Of a stretch of 64,000 nt of DNA, positions 52,101 to 61,286 are shown one piece after another (position 1 is the stretch's first letter; the number at the start of each line of letters is the position of its first letter). The stretch covers positions 89,095-153,094 of the forward strand of contig CAXBQP010000001.1 of the NCBI GenBank assembly GCA_963978095.1. Reading direction: 5' to 3'. The notes under the pieces are model-generated. The model made no database searches and had not been told where the DNA came from. It saw only the letters and a list, made by a program, of their open reading frames with translations. The translations under genes and the position numbers were made by a program. Origin of the DNA: an uncultured bacterium. GTDB lineage: Bacteria > Gemmatimonadota > Gemmatimonadetes > Gemmatimonadales > Gemmatimonadaceae.

Positions 52101-53537
52101 ATGCCAAGCTCCCGCTCCAAACCCAGCGCTCCACCCGCTGATCTCGCCAGCTACGCGCCTGACTGGGCGGCGAAGCTGATCGCCGCGAGCAGCGAGGTCA
52201 CGCTCGTGCTGGACGCGAACGGCGTGATCCGGAGCGTGTCGTTCGGCGGTGGAGAACCGGTCACGGACGACACGACCAGTTGGACGGGGCAGTCGTGGAT
52301 CGATACCGTGACGACCGAGACGCGCGGCAAGGTCGACCAGATGATGCGCGAGGTCCGCCAGACGGGGGCTTCGCGCCGGCGGCAGATCAACCATCGCTCG
52401 TCCAACGGCAGTGATGTGCCGGTGGCGTACACGGCGGTCAAACTGGACGACGATCACATCATTGCCGTCGGGCGTGACCTGCGCGCGATCTCGTCGCTGC
52501 AGCAACGCCTCGTCGACACCCAGCAGGCGATGGAGCGCGACTACTGGCGCCTGCGCCACGTGGAGACGCGGTATCGCCTGCTCTTCCAGCTTTCGACGGA
52601 CGCGATCGTGGTGGTCGACGCGGATACGATGAAGATCGTGGACGCGTCCGGTGCCGCCGGCCGACTGTTCGACATTCCGGCGGAAAAGCTGCTGGGCCGT
52701 GCCTTCCCCTACGGCATCGCGGCGGGGAGCGTGCGCGCCATGGATGACCTTGCGGCCTCGGCACGTACCACCGGCCACGCGTCGGATGTGCGGATCGAAC
52801 TGGCGGACGCTCGTGGTCGAGCCCACGTGAGTGCCAGCTGCTTCCGCCAGGAGAACATGACGCTCCTGCTCGTCCGCATCGCCCCCGAGGGAAGCACGAC
52901 GTCGAACGTGCCGGCCTCTCGCGGCCGGATCCAGGACCTCGTGGAACATGCCCCCGACTGCTTCGTCGTCACGACGACCAGCGGCGACATCGTGATGGCG
53001 AATCGCGCCTTCCTCGACTTGGCGCAGCTCGGGAGCGAAGAGCAGTGCAAGGGACGTTCGCTCAGCAACTGGGTCGGCCGGCCGGCGGCGGACATCGACC
53101 TGTTTCTCACCGTGCTGCGGGAACACGGCGTCGTGCGCTTGGCATCGTCCGCCTTGCGCGGCGAACATGGACTGATCACGGAAGTGGAGATCTCCGCGGT
53201 GGCGGAGCCGGACGGAGAGTCCCCCTGCTACGGGTTCATCCTGCGCGACGTCGGCCGCCGCCTCGCCGGCGGGCCGCGCGGGGCGCGCGACCTGACCAAG
53301 GCGGTGGAGGAGCTCACGGGCTTGGTGGGCAAGGTGTCGTTGCCGAAGCTGGTCCGTGATACCACGGACATGGTCGAGCGGCACTTCATCGACGCCGCCT
53401 TGGAGCTCACGAATGACAACAGGACGACGGCAGCTGAGGTCCTGGGGTTGTCGCGCCAGACGCTCTATGTGAAGCTGCGCCGTCATGGGATCGCGGTGAG
53501 CGGCGACGCCGCCGACAGCACCCCCAAGGCCGGCTAA
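52101..53537 (+). CDS. ppsR: Photosynthesis gene repressor PpsR/CrtJ
   Basis: Multiple PAS segments and a C-terminal Fis-type HTH 'TAAEVLGLSRQTLYVKLRRHGI'. 478 aa. Confidence 0.9.
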   Translation: MPSSRSKPSAPPADLASYAPDWAAKLIAASSEVTLVLDANGVIRSVSFGGGEPVTDDTTSWTGQSWIDTVTTETRGKVDQMMREVRQTGASRRRQINHRSSNGSDVPVAYTAVKLDDDHIIAVGRDLRAISSLQQRLVDTQQAMERDYWRLRHVETRYRLLFQLSTDAIVVVDADTMKIVDASGAAGRLFDIPAEKLLGRAFPYGIAAGSVRAMDDLAASARTTGHASDVRIELADARGRAHVSASCFRQENMTLLLVRIAPEGSTTSNVPASRGRIQDLVEHAPDCFVVTTTSGDIVMANRAFLDLAQLGSEEQCKGRSLSNWVGRPAADIDLFLTVLREHGVVRLASSALRGEHGLITEVEISAVAEPDGESPCYGFILRDVGRRLAGGPRGARDLTKAVEELTGLVGKVSLPKLVRDTTDMVERHFIDAALELTNDNRTTAAEVLGLSRQTLYVKLRRHGIAVSGDAADSTPKAG

Positions 53538-53580
53538 GACCGCCATTTCGATGGGCCGCCGGGGACCCGCGCCCGTGACA

Positions 53581-53624
53581 TGTCAACTAGGGTTGACATA
53601 TAGTGGTGTAACGCCGACAATACA
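53581..53624. promoter_or_regulatory. bchG promoter with a tandem PpsR/CrtJ-type operator pair
   Basis: The perfect TGTCAACTAGGGTTGACA (53581-98) is followed after 8 bp by TGTAACGCCGACAATACA (53607-24). TTGACA(53593-98)-N17-GACAAT(53616-21) is embedded in the two sites. Confidence 0.7.
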
Positions 53625-53628
53625 CCCT

Positions 53629-54519
53629 ATGTCTTCTCTTGCGCGGACGACCCCCGAGCCGTCGGCGCTCCTCGAGTTACTGAAGCCAGTCACGTGGTTC
53701 CCGCCGATTTGGGCCTTCACCTGCGGCGTGATCTCCACCGGGATTCCCGTCGGGAACCACTGGCGCGCAGTGATCACGGGAGCGTTGGTCGCGGGCCCGC
53801 TGGTTTGCGGCGCAAGTCAAGCCGTCAATGACTGGTATGACCGTCACGTTGATGCCATCAATGAACCGAAGCGGCCGATCCCCTCGGGTCGAGTCCCGGG
53901 TCGCTGGGGCTTCTACGTCGCCATCGGCTGGAGCCTGCTCTCCGCCGCCGTCGCATCCACGCTCGGTGGACGCGCGCTCTTGGCCACGCTGCTCGGCCTC
54001 GCGATGGCGTGGATGTACAGCATGCCGCCCTTCCGACTGAAGGAAAACGGGTGGTGGGGAAATCTCGCCGTCGGCCTCTCGTACGAAGGGCTCGCGTGGA
54101 TCACCGGCACCGCCGTCATGCTGGACTCCCTGGCCCCTGCCCCACCAACGATTTGGATGGCGGTGCTCTACAGTCTCGCGGCGCACGGCATCATGACGCT
54201 CAACGACTTCAAAGCCATCGGCGGCGACATCCAGTGTGGGGTTCGGTCGCTCCCGGTGCAACTCGGCGTCACACGTGCAGCATGGGTGTCGAGCGGCGTG
54301 ATGCTGGCCCCCCAGTTCGTGGTGGCCGGTCTGCTGGGGATGTGGGGAAAGCCCGCGGCTGCGCTCGGTATCGTGGGTCTCATCGCGGCCCAGATGATCA
54401 TGATGCGCTGGTTCATCGCCAAGCCGGTCGAACGGGCGCTGTACATGAGCGCCTTCGGCGTCCCCATTGAAGTGGCCGGCATGGTGCTGTCGGCGTTTGC
54501 CATCCGGGGGGTCGCATGA
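53629..54519 (+). CDS. bchG: Bacteriochlorophyll synthase (UbiA prenyltransferase family)
   Basis: ATG 53629. 'NDWYDRHVDAINEPKRPIPSGR' and polytopic TM segments. Confidence 0.9.
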   Translation: MSSLARTTPEPSALLELLKPVTWFPPIWAFTCGVISTGIPVGNHWRAVITGALVAGPLVCGASQAVNDWYDRHVDAINEPKRPIPSGRVPGRWGFYVAIGWSLLSAAVASTLGGRALLATLLGLAMAWMYSMPPFRLKENGWWGNLAVGLSYEGLAWITGTAVMLDSLAPAPPTIWMAVLYSLAAHGIMTLNDFKAIGGDIQCGVRSLPVQLGVTRAAWVSSGVMLAPQFVVAGLLGMWGKPAAALGIVGLIAAQMIMMRWFIAKPVERALYMSAFGVPIEVAGMVLSAFAIRGVA

Positions 54520-55847
54520 CCGCCGCGCGCGCCCTGTCGTGGAGCGGGATCTTCCGACTGGGGCTCGTCCAGCTGGCGCTGGGCGCGGTCGTGGTGCTGA
54601 TGACCTCCACGCTGAACCGGGTCATGACCGTCGAGCTGGCGCTCCCTGCGATCGTGCCCGGAGCGTTGGTCGGCTTCCACTTCCTCGTACAGGCCGTGCG
54701 CCCGTGGATGGGGCACGGTTCCGATCGCTCGGGGCGACGCGGGCCGTGGATCATCGGCGGCATGGTGGTGTTGGCGACGGGCGGGGTCGCGGCGGCCGCC
54801 GCAACGGCGTGGGTGGCGACGAATCGCGCGGCCGGGCTGACGGCTGCGGTGCTCGCGTACGCGATGATCGGTGCGGGAGTGAGTGCGGTCGGCACCCCGT
54901 TGCTCGCCATGGTCGCCGAGCGCGTCGCCCCCGCGCGGCGCGCGGCCGCGGCCGCGATTACGTGGTTGATGATGATCGTGGGATTCATTCTCACGACGGC
55001 GATCGGCGGAAACGCGCTCGATCCGTTCTCGATGCGTCGTTTGGTGGAAGTCTCGATGTGGGTCGGGGGCATCGCCGTGTTGCTGACCGTGGTCGCACTC
55101 TGGGGGATGGAGCGGGACGCGAGCGGGCAGGCGCCGGTGGCGGTGGCGTCGCCCGATGGCGATTTCCGCCGTGCACTCGCCACGATCTGGCGTGATCCTG
55201 CCGCGCGGCGCTTTTCGTGCTTCGTGTTCGTCGCCATGCTCGCCTTCTCGGCGCAAGACCTGATTCTTGAGCCCTTCGCCGGACTGGTGTTCGGTCTGAC
55301 GCCCGGAGGATCGACGCGCATTTCGTCGATGCAGAACGGCGGGATGCTCGCCGGGATGTTGACGGCCGCGCTCGTGGCACACCGATTCGGCACGTTGCGA
55401 CAGTGGGCGGTTGCGGGATGCGTTGCCTCCGCCGTCGCGTTCGCCGCACTGGCGATGGTGCCGAGTGTCGGCTCGCTGTGGGTGTTCAAGAGTGTGGTAT
55501 TCGGCCTCGGTGCGTCGAACGGCGTCTTTGCGGTGGGAGCGATCGGCTCGATGATGGGTGTGATCACGGAGGCGGGGGATGCGCGGACCGGGGCACGCAT
55601 GGGTGTGTTCGGCGCGGCGCAGGGACTGGCCTATGGGATCGGCGGGTTCGCGGGTGCCTGGATGAGCGATCTGGCACGTGGATGGTTCGGGTCGCCGTCC
55701 AGCGGCTACGCATCGGTGTTCGCGGTCGAAGCCATGCTGTTCGCACTCTCCGGTTGGCTCGCGGCCACGAGCGCGCCCGCCGTGCGGGGCGAGACGTTGC
55801 GTTCGCGCCACGGAAGCGGTGACGCCTTGCTGGGAGCACTCCGCTGA
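54516..55847 (+). CDS. PucC/BCD family MFS protein (the bchG-bchP 'orf428'-type)
   Basis: 'FRLGLVQLALGAVVVLMTSTLNRVMTVEL' and 'GHGSDRSGRRGPW' are PucC-family signatures. ATGA overlap with bchG. Confidence 0.8.
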   Translation: MTAARALSWSGIFRLGLVQLALGAVVVLMTSTLNRVMTVELALPAIVPGALVGFHFLVQAVRPWMGHGSDRSGRRGPWIIGGMVVLATGGVAAAAATAWVATNRAAGLTAAVLAYAMIGAGVSAVGTPLLAMVAERVAPARRAAAAAITWLMMIVGFILTTAIGGNALDPFSMRRLVEVSMWVGGIAVLLTVVALWGMERDASGQAPVAVASPDGDFRRALATIWRDPAARRFSCFVFVAMLAFSAQDLILEPFAGLVFGLTPGGSTRISSMQNGGMLAGMLTAALVAHRFGTLRQWAVAGCVASAVAFAALAMVPSVGSLWVFKSVVFGLGASNGVFAVGAIGSMMGVITEAGDARTGARMGVFGAAQGLAYGIGGFAGAWMSDLARGWFGSPSSGYASVFAVEAMLFALSGWLAATSAPAVRGETLRSRHGSGDALLGALR

Positions 55848-57106
55848 TGGCGTCAACCGCGTTGCCCATCCTTGCCGTCTCCCCGGATCTCTCGGGTGCT
55901 GCCCCACACCGCGACCTGTGCACCGATTGCGGCGTCTCGCGCATGTCGGCGCCACACCGTTGCGGGCAGGTGTGCCAGTTCATCAATCCCCAGCACACGC
56001 GCCTCGAACGGCAGGTGCACGGTCGTGCGCGGGACGCGCAGCGTGGGGACGAGCTGTACTTCGGGCCGTACATCGCGATGCATCGGGCCCGGCTCATCCG
56101 CCCGCTCGAGGGCGCGCAGTGGTCCGGCATCACGACGCGGATCAGCGAGCGGCTGCTGGAGACGGGGGCGGTGGACGCGGTGATCGCCACGGCGGCCGAC
56201 CCGCACGACAAATGGACACCACGGCCGGCGCTGATCACGCGTGCCGAGGAGATGCAGCAGGCCCGCGGCATGAAGATGGGGTACTCCCCCGTGCTGGCAT
56301 TGCTCGAGGAGGCCAAGGCGATGGGGTACCGACGCGTGGCCTTGCACGGAGTGGCATGTCAGGTGCATGCGCTTCGGGCGCTCGAACAGGAACTTGGCTT
56401 CGACGCGCTCTACGTGATCGGCACGCCGTGCAGCGACAACACGACGACCGAGAAATTCCACGACTTCCTCGCGTTGCTCGCCGACCGCCCCCAGGACGTG
56501 ACCTATCTGGAGTTCATGCCGGATTATCACGTGGAGTTGCGCTTCGTGGACGGGGCCGTCACGCGTATTCCCTTCATTCAGCTCCCGATCGCGCAGCTGC
56601 CCAAGGACTTCATTCCGCTGACCTGTCGTTCGTGCTTCGACTACACGAATGCCCTGTCCGACATCACCGTGGGCTACATGGGCGGCGACGGGGAGCAGTG
56701 GTTGCTGGTGCGCAACGCACGCGGTGCGGCGATGCTCGATCTGTTGCGTGGCGAAGTCGAGCTCTCGGAGCCCGGATCACGGGGCAACCGTGAGAAGCCG
56801 CTGCGGACGTTCGTGTCGGTGCTCTCCAAGCAGGCGGGGGGGATGCCGGTGCGTCGCCCGCCGCGGTGGATCAAGCCGGTGATCGGATGGGCGCAGGCGA
56901 CCTTCGGCCCGAAGGGATTGGAGTTCGCCCGCACACGCGTCGAGATGAAAGCCGCGGAGGGGATCATCAACCTTCGGGCGGAGCGTCCGCGGAGGGTACG
57001 TCGGTTGGTCCCGGATTTCGCGTGGGCGGTGGTCGCGCGATACGGGTTGGTGCGCCGTGCCGCTGAAGAGCCGTTCTTGGCTCCTACACCCGGGAGGAAC
57101 GGATGA
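55847..57106 (+). CDS. FrhB-like Fe-S flavoprotein; candidate BciB-type 8-vinyl reductase
   Basis: Cys clusters 'CTDCG..CGQVC', 'GTPCSDN' and 'CRSCFDY', with FrhB-like 'VALHGVACQVHALR'. It sits between the pucC-like gene and bchP with overlapping junctions. The functional assignment is inference. Confidence 0.55.
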   Translation: MASTALPILAVSPDLSGAAPHRDLCTDCGVSRMSAPHRCGQVCQFINPQHTRLERQVHGRARDAQRGDELYFGPYIAMHRARLIRPLEGAQWSGITTRISERLLETGAVDAVIATAADPHDKWTPRPALITRAEEMQQARGMKMGYSPVLALLEEAKAMGYRRVALHGVACQVHALRALEQELGFDALYVIGTPCSDNTTTEKFHDFLALLADRPQDVTYLEFMPDYHVELRFVDGAVTRIPFIQLPIAQLPKDFIPLTCRSCFDYTNALSDITVGYMGGDGEQWLLVRNARGAAMLDLLRGEVELSEPGSRGNREKPLRTFVSVLSKQAGGMPVRRPPRWIKPVIGWAQATFGPKGLEFARTRVEMKAAEGIINLRAERPRRVRRLVPDFAWAVVARYGLVRRAAEEPFLAPTPGRNG

Positions 57107-58296
57107 CCTCGCACATCTATGACGTGGTGGTCGTCGGGGGTGGGCCCGCGGGGGCGACGGCCGCGCACGAACTCGCGCAGCGCGGACGCTCGGTGCTGTT
57201 GCTGGACCGCGCGTGGCGCACCAAGCCGTGCGGCGGTGCGGTGCCACCGCAGCTCCTGGAAGATTTCCAGGTACCTCAGTCGTTGTTGGTCGCACGCATC
57301 GCGTCGGCGCGCATGATCGCGCCGAGTGATCGCTCGGTGGATATCCCCGTGGGGGACGGCTTCGTCGGGATGGTGGACCGCGACGTCTTTGATGAATGGC
57401 TCCGGGCACGGGCGGCGGTGGCAGGCGCTGTTCGCGTGACGGGTGCGTTCACGGCGCTCGACCGTGACGCGGACGGCACGGTGACGGTTCGCTATACCGC
57501 GGGGCGGTCACGACAGGGTGGCGCGCGGAGCGTGCGCGCCCGTTACGTCGTCGGTGCCGACGGGGCACTCTCGCCCGTCGCGCGGGCGTGCATCCCCGCA
57601 TCCAAGGATGCCCGGTTCGTGTTCGCGTATCACGAGATCGTGAAATCACCCGCACAGGATACGTCGGCGTTCGCGGCGACGCGGTGCGACGTGTACTACC
57701 AGGACCGGGTCTCTCCGGATTTCTACGCGTGGGTCTTCCCGCACGGCACGACGACGAGCATCGGGACCGGGTCGTTGCAGCAAGGGTACGGGCTGAAGCA
57801 GTCGGTCGCGGCGTTGCGGGCACGCACCGGGCTGGATCAGGTCGAGACGATCCGTCGTGAAGGGGCTCCGATTCCGCTCGAGCCGCTCAAGCGCTGGGAT
57901 GACGGCCGGAATGTCGTGCTCGCAGGCGACGCCGCAGGCGTGGTGGCGCCCTCGTCGGGGGAAGGCATTTTCTACGCCATGACCGGCGGACGGCTCGCGG
58001 CGGCCGCCGTCGAGTTGGCGATCGCGACCGGCGATGCGCGCGCCCTGGCGACGGCGCGCCGCCGCTTCATGCGCGTGCATGGACACACCTTCTGGATCCT
58101 CGGCGTGATGCAGCGCTATTGGTACTCGAGCGATGTGCGTCGCGAACGATTCGTCACGATCTGCCGGGACCGCGATGTCCAGCGTCTCACCTTCGAAGCC
58201 TACATGCGGAAGCGTTTGGTCGTCGCGAAGCCGTTGTCGCACCTGAAAATCTTCGTGAAGAATCTCGCGCATCTCACGGGGCTGGTGCCCGCGTGA
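57103..58296 (+). CDS. bchP: Geranylgeranyl (bacterio)chlorophyll reductase
   Basis: 'YDVVVVGGGPAGATAAHELA' and 'GDAAGVVAPSSGEGIFYAM'. Confidence 0.9.
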   Translation: MTSHIYDVVVVGGGPAGATAAHELAQRGRSVLLLDRAWRTKPCGGAVPPQLLEDFQVPQSLLVARIASARMIAPSDRSVDIPVGDGFVGMVDRDVFDEWLRARAAVAGAVRVTGAFTALDRDADGTVTVRYTAGRSRQGGARSVRARYVVGADGALSPVARACIPASKDARFVFAYHEIVKSPAQDTSAFAATRCDVYYQDRVSPDFYAWVFPHGTTTSIGTGSLQQGYGLKQSVAALRARTGLDQVETIRREGAPIPLEPLKRWDDGRNVVLAGDAAGVVAPSSGEGIFYAMTGGRLAAAAVELAIATGDARALATARRRFMRVHGHTFWILGVMQRYWYSSDVRRERFVTICRDRDVQRLTFEAYMRKRLVVAKPLSHLKIFVKNLAHLTGLVPA

Positions 58297-58778
58297 TGCT
58301 TTCCCGGGCGCCGATGGCCATCAGCATCGCCAGCTACGTGTCGCTCGCGTTGGCCGGGGCATGGCTCACGGAGATCGGCCCGTGGTATCGGACATTGCGC
58401 AAGCCGTCCTGGCAGCCGCCTGACCTGGCGTTCGGACCGGTGTGGAGCAGCATCTTCGCCTTGGCCGGCTGGGCAGCCGTGCGCGGCTGGAACGCACCCG
58501 GGAGCACGGGACAACGCCTGATGCTGGTCGCGGCATTCGTCACGAACGGCGCAGGCAACATGCTCTGGAGTTATCTGTTCTTCCGCCGTCGGCGCCCGGA
58601 CTGGGCGCTGATCGAAGTCGTTCCGTTCTGGGGAACGATCGTGTGGATGATCGTGGCAGTGCGGCCCCTCGATCCTTCGGCCGTGTGGATGCTGGTTCCA
58701 TATCTGTGTTGGGTCACGTTCGCCTCGGTGTTGAATACGGCGATCGTGCGTCTCAACCGGCCATTCGGGGGACAATGA
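58296..58778 (+). CDS. tspO: Tryptophan-rich sensory protein TspO
   Basis: 'WYRTLRKPSWQPPDLAFGPVWSSIF' and 'PYLCWVTFASVLN'. The ATG overlaps the bchP stop (TGATG). Confidence 0.9.
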   Translation: MLSRAPMAISIASYVSLALAGAWLTEIGPWYRTLRKPSWQPPDLAFGPVWSSIFALAGWAAVRGWNAPGSTGQRLMLVAAFVTNGAGNMLWSYLFFRRRRPDWALIEVVPFWGTIVWMIVAVRPLDPSAVWMLVPYLCWVTFASVLNTAIVRLNRPFGGQ

Positions 58779-58782
58779 TCCT

Positions 58783-60225
58783 ATGCTGATCTCGATTGCC
58801 GTTGATTTCCGTCACGCGAACGTCGCCACACGCGAGCGTTTCCACCTCACGCCGGAGCGGATTGCCCGCATGTACGAGTGCGACGGGGATCTGGTCCGCG
58901 AGCTGGTCTGCGTGGCGACGTGCAACCGTTCCGAGGTGTATGCGTGGACGGGGTCCTCAGACCCCTCATCCCCGGTGACCTTCGATCACACCGTGACGGC
59001 GCTGGCGCGGCGGTGGATGCCGGGGCGCAACGATGCCAAGACCCTGCTCTCGGTGGCACGCCGTCAGTCGGGTCTCGATGTCGCGCGCCGGTTGATGCGG
59101 ATCGCCGCCGGACTGGAGTCGCAAGTCGTGGGCGACGGCCAAATCCTGGGACAGTTGAAGGACTCCTACCGGTCAGCTGCGGATGCGGGGGCCGCCGGCT
59201 CCGTCCTGCATCGGCTGTTCGAAACGTCGCTGCGTACCGGCAAGCGGGTCCAGACGGAGACCAGTTTGACGGCGGGGCGCCGTTCGATCGGCGCCGAGGC
59301 CGCGGCCGTCGCGCATCGCCGATTCGGGAACCTCGAGCATGCGCGCGTCGTCATCATCGGCTGCGGCAAGACGGGACTCAACGTGGCGCGACAGGTGACC
59401 AAGCTCGGCGCGCGCGATGTCGTGATGGTCAACCGCACGATCGACCGCGCGCAGCAGGTGGCCGAGGAGGTTGGCGGGCGGTGGGCCGCGTGGGAAGCAC
59501 TGCACGTCGAGGTGGCGATGGCCGACATCGCGATTGTCGCCACGGCGGCACTGGAACCGATTGTCCGGTACCAGGACTTGCAGCAGGCCCGGGAGAACTG
59601 CGGGACGAGCACGTATCCGCTCATGCTGGTGGATCTCGCGATGCCGCGCAACATCGACCCCGCGCTCACCGGAGCTCCCGGGGTGACCCTCGTGGATCTC
59701 GACGCGCTGCACATTCCCGTGTTGGCCGCCGAGGAATCCCGGCGGTCGGCGGCGCCCGCCGCCGATGCGATCGTGGAGGCGGAACTGCAGAGTTTCGTGG
59801 AATGGGTGGCGGCCGCCGCGGCCCGCGATGCGATCCGCCCGCTGCGCGAGGCCCTGGAGGAGATCTGCCGTCGCGAGTTGACGTACGCGGCGGGCGAGGA
59901 GCTCGCCGGCCGGACGACGGAGCGCATCGTGGCCAAGATCCTCGCGCGACCGATGGTCAAACTGCGCACGGCGCTCGCCCATGGCGAGGCGCTGCATGCG
60001 TTCAGCTCCACGCTGGACTCGCTCTTCACGGGCCCGGTGACGGACCGCGAAGCGCGCGAAGAGGTACGTCCCGCCCCCCGCAAGCGGAAGGCCGGTCGTG
60101 CCGGAGCGCTCGCCGCGCCGAACGTATCCCACGCGTCGGAGACGACCGGCGTTGGCACCCCGTTGCATGCGCCGCCGCAACGTCCGATGGTCCACCCTGA
60201 TCCCGGAATGCTCCGCACCGTATGA
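58783..60225 (+). CDS. hemA: Glutamyl-tRNA reductase
   Basis: 'ATCNRSEVY' active-site Cys and 'VVIIGCGKTG' NADPH fold. C-terminal Arg/Ala-rich extension. Confidence 0.9.
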   Translation: MLISIAVDFRHANVATRERFHLTPERIARMYECDGDLVRELVCVATCNRSEVYAWTGSSDPSSPVTFDHTVTALARRWMPGRNDAKTLLSVARRQSGLDVARRLMRIAAGLESQVVGDGQILGQLKDSYRSAADAGAAGSVLHRLFETSLRTGKRVQTETSLTAGRRSIGAEAAAVAHRRFGNLEHARVVIIGCGKTGLNVARQVTKLGARDVVMVNRTIDRAQQVAEEVGGRWAAWEALHVEVAMADIAIVATAALEPIVRYQDLQQARENCGTSTYPLMLVDLAMPRNIDPALTGAPGVTLVDLDALHIPVLAAEESRRSAAPAADAIVEAELQSFVEWVAAAAARDAIRPLREALEEICRRELTYAAGEELAGRTTERIVAKILARPMVKLRTALAHGEALHAFSSTLDSLFTGPVTDREAREEVRPAPRKRKAGRAGALAAPNVSHASETTGVGTPLHAPPQRPMVHPDPGMLRTV

Positions 60226-61286
60226 GTGATCTGTTCCTCCGCGCCTGTCGGCGCGAACCCGTCGAACGGCCCCCCGTCTGGATGATGCGCCAGGCGGGGC
60301 GGTATCTGCCGGAGTATCGCGCCGTGCGTGCGAAGTCCGACTTCTTGTCGATGTGCCGGACACCGGAACTCGCGGTGGAGGTGACGTTGCAACCCGTGGA
60401 CATCCTGTCCGTGGATGCAGCGATCATTTTCAGCGACATCCTCGTGATTCCCGAGGCGATGGGCATGCACCTGATCATGGACGAGGGCAAGGGACCACAG
60501 TTCCCGTCCCCGCTCCGGAGCGCGGCCGATGTCCGGGGGCTGCACGACGTGGATCCGAACACCGATCTGCGCTATGTGATGGATGCGTTGACCCTCGCGC
60601 GGCGTGAGCTCAACGGTCGCGTGCCGCTGATCGGGTTCGCCGGCGCGCCGTGGACGCTCGCCTCCTACATGGTGGAAGGCAAAGGGACCAAGCAGTTTGC
60701 GGTCGCGAAGAAGCTCCTGTACGAAGATCCGGCGACGGCGCACCTGTTGCTCGGACGGATCGCCGTGGCCGTGGGGCACTACATGAAGGCGCAGATTGCG
60801 GCCGGGGCGCAGGCACTGCAACTGTTCGACTCGTGGGCCGGCGCGTTGGGCCCTGAGCTGTTCCGCGAGTTCGGGCTGCGGTACTTGGCGCAAGTCGCGG
60901 ACATCGCGCGGACGCCCGGGGTGCCGTTCATCGTCTTCGCTCCGGGCGCGGGGTGGGCCTTCGAGGAGATCGCGCGCGCGACCAATGCCGATGTCGTGGG
61001 CGTGGACTGGCACATGGACGCGACCGCTGCCCGTACGGCCGCGGATCGGTGCGGAGTGGCCGTGCAGGGCAATCTGGATCCGTGCGCCCTCTACGGCTCT
61101 CCGGCGTCGATCCGTGCGCGGACCCAGGCGATGCTCCGCGCGTTCGGCGGACGAGGGCATATCGCGAATCTCGGGCATGGGATTCTCCCCGACGTTCCGG
61201 TCGAACATGCACGCACCTTCGTGGATACCGTGCGCGAGTGGTCCAACGTGCCGGCCGTTCCGCCCGTCGGAGCCGCGGCGCGATGA
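60222..61286 (+). CDS. hemE: Uroporphyrinogen decarboxylase
   Basis: 'PPVWMMRQAGRYLPEYR' signature. ATGA overlap with hemA. Confidence 0.95.
   Translation: MSDLFLRACRREPVERPPVWMMRQAGRYLPEYRAVRAKSDFLSMCRTPELAVEVTLQPVDILSVDAAIIFSDILVIPEAMGMHLIMDEGKGPQFPSPLRSAADVRGLHDVDPNTDLRYVMDALTLARRELNGRVPLIGFAGAPWTLASYMVEGKGTKQFAVAKKLLYEDPATAHLLLGRIAVAVGHYMKAQIAAGAQALQLFDSWAGALGPELFREFGLRYLAQVADIARTPGVPFIVFAPGAGWAFEEIARATNADVVGVDWHMDATAARTAADRCGVAVQGNLDPCALYGSPASIRARTQAMLRAFGGRGHIANLGHGILPDVPVEHARTFVDTVREWSNVPAVPPVGAAAR

Noticed and set aside
52056-53546. Long antisense and overlapping ORFs throughout the ORF track. Examples are 52056-53546(-), 54168-55955(-), 59166-61208(-), 29289-30797(-), 28198-29439(-), 36002-37111(-) and 24524-25882(+).
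   Set aside because: They lie opposite or out of frame to genes with unmistakable family motifs, and their products are Arg/Ala/Pro/Gly-rich. Long spurious ORFs of this kind are expected in high-GC DNA. No independent support was found.
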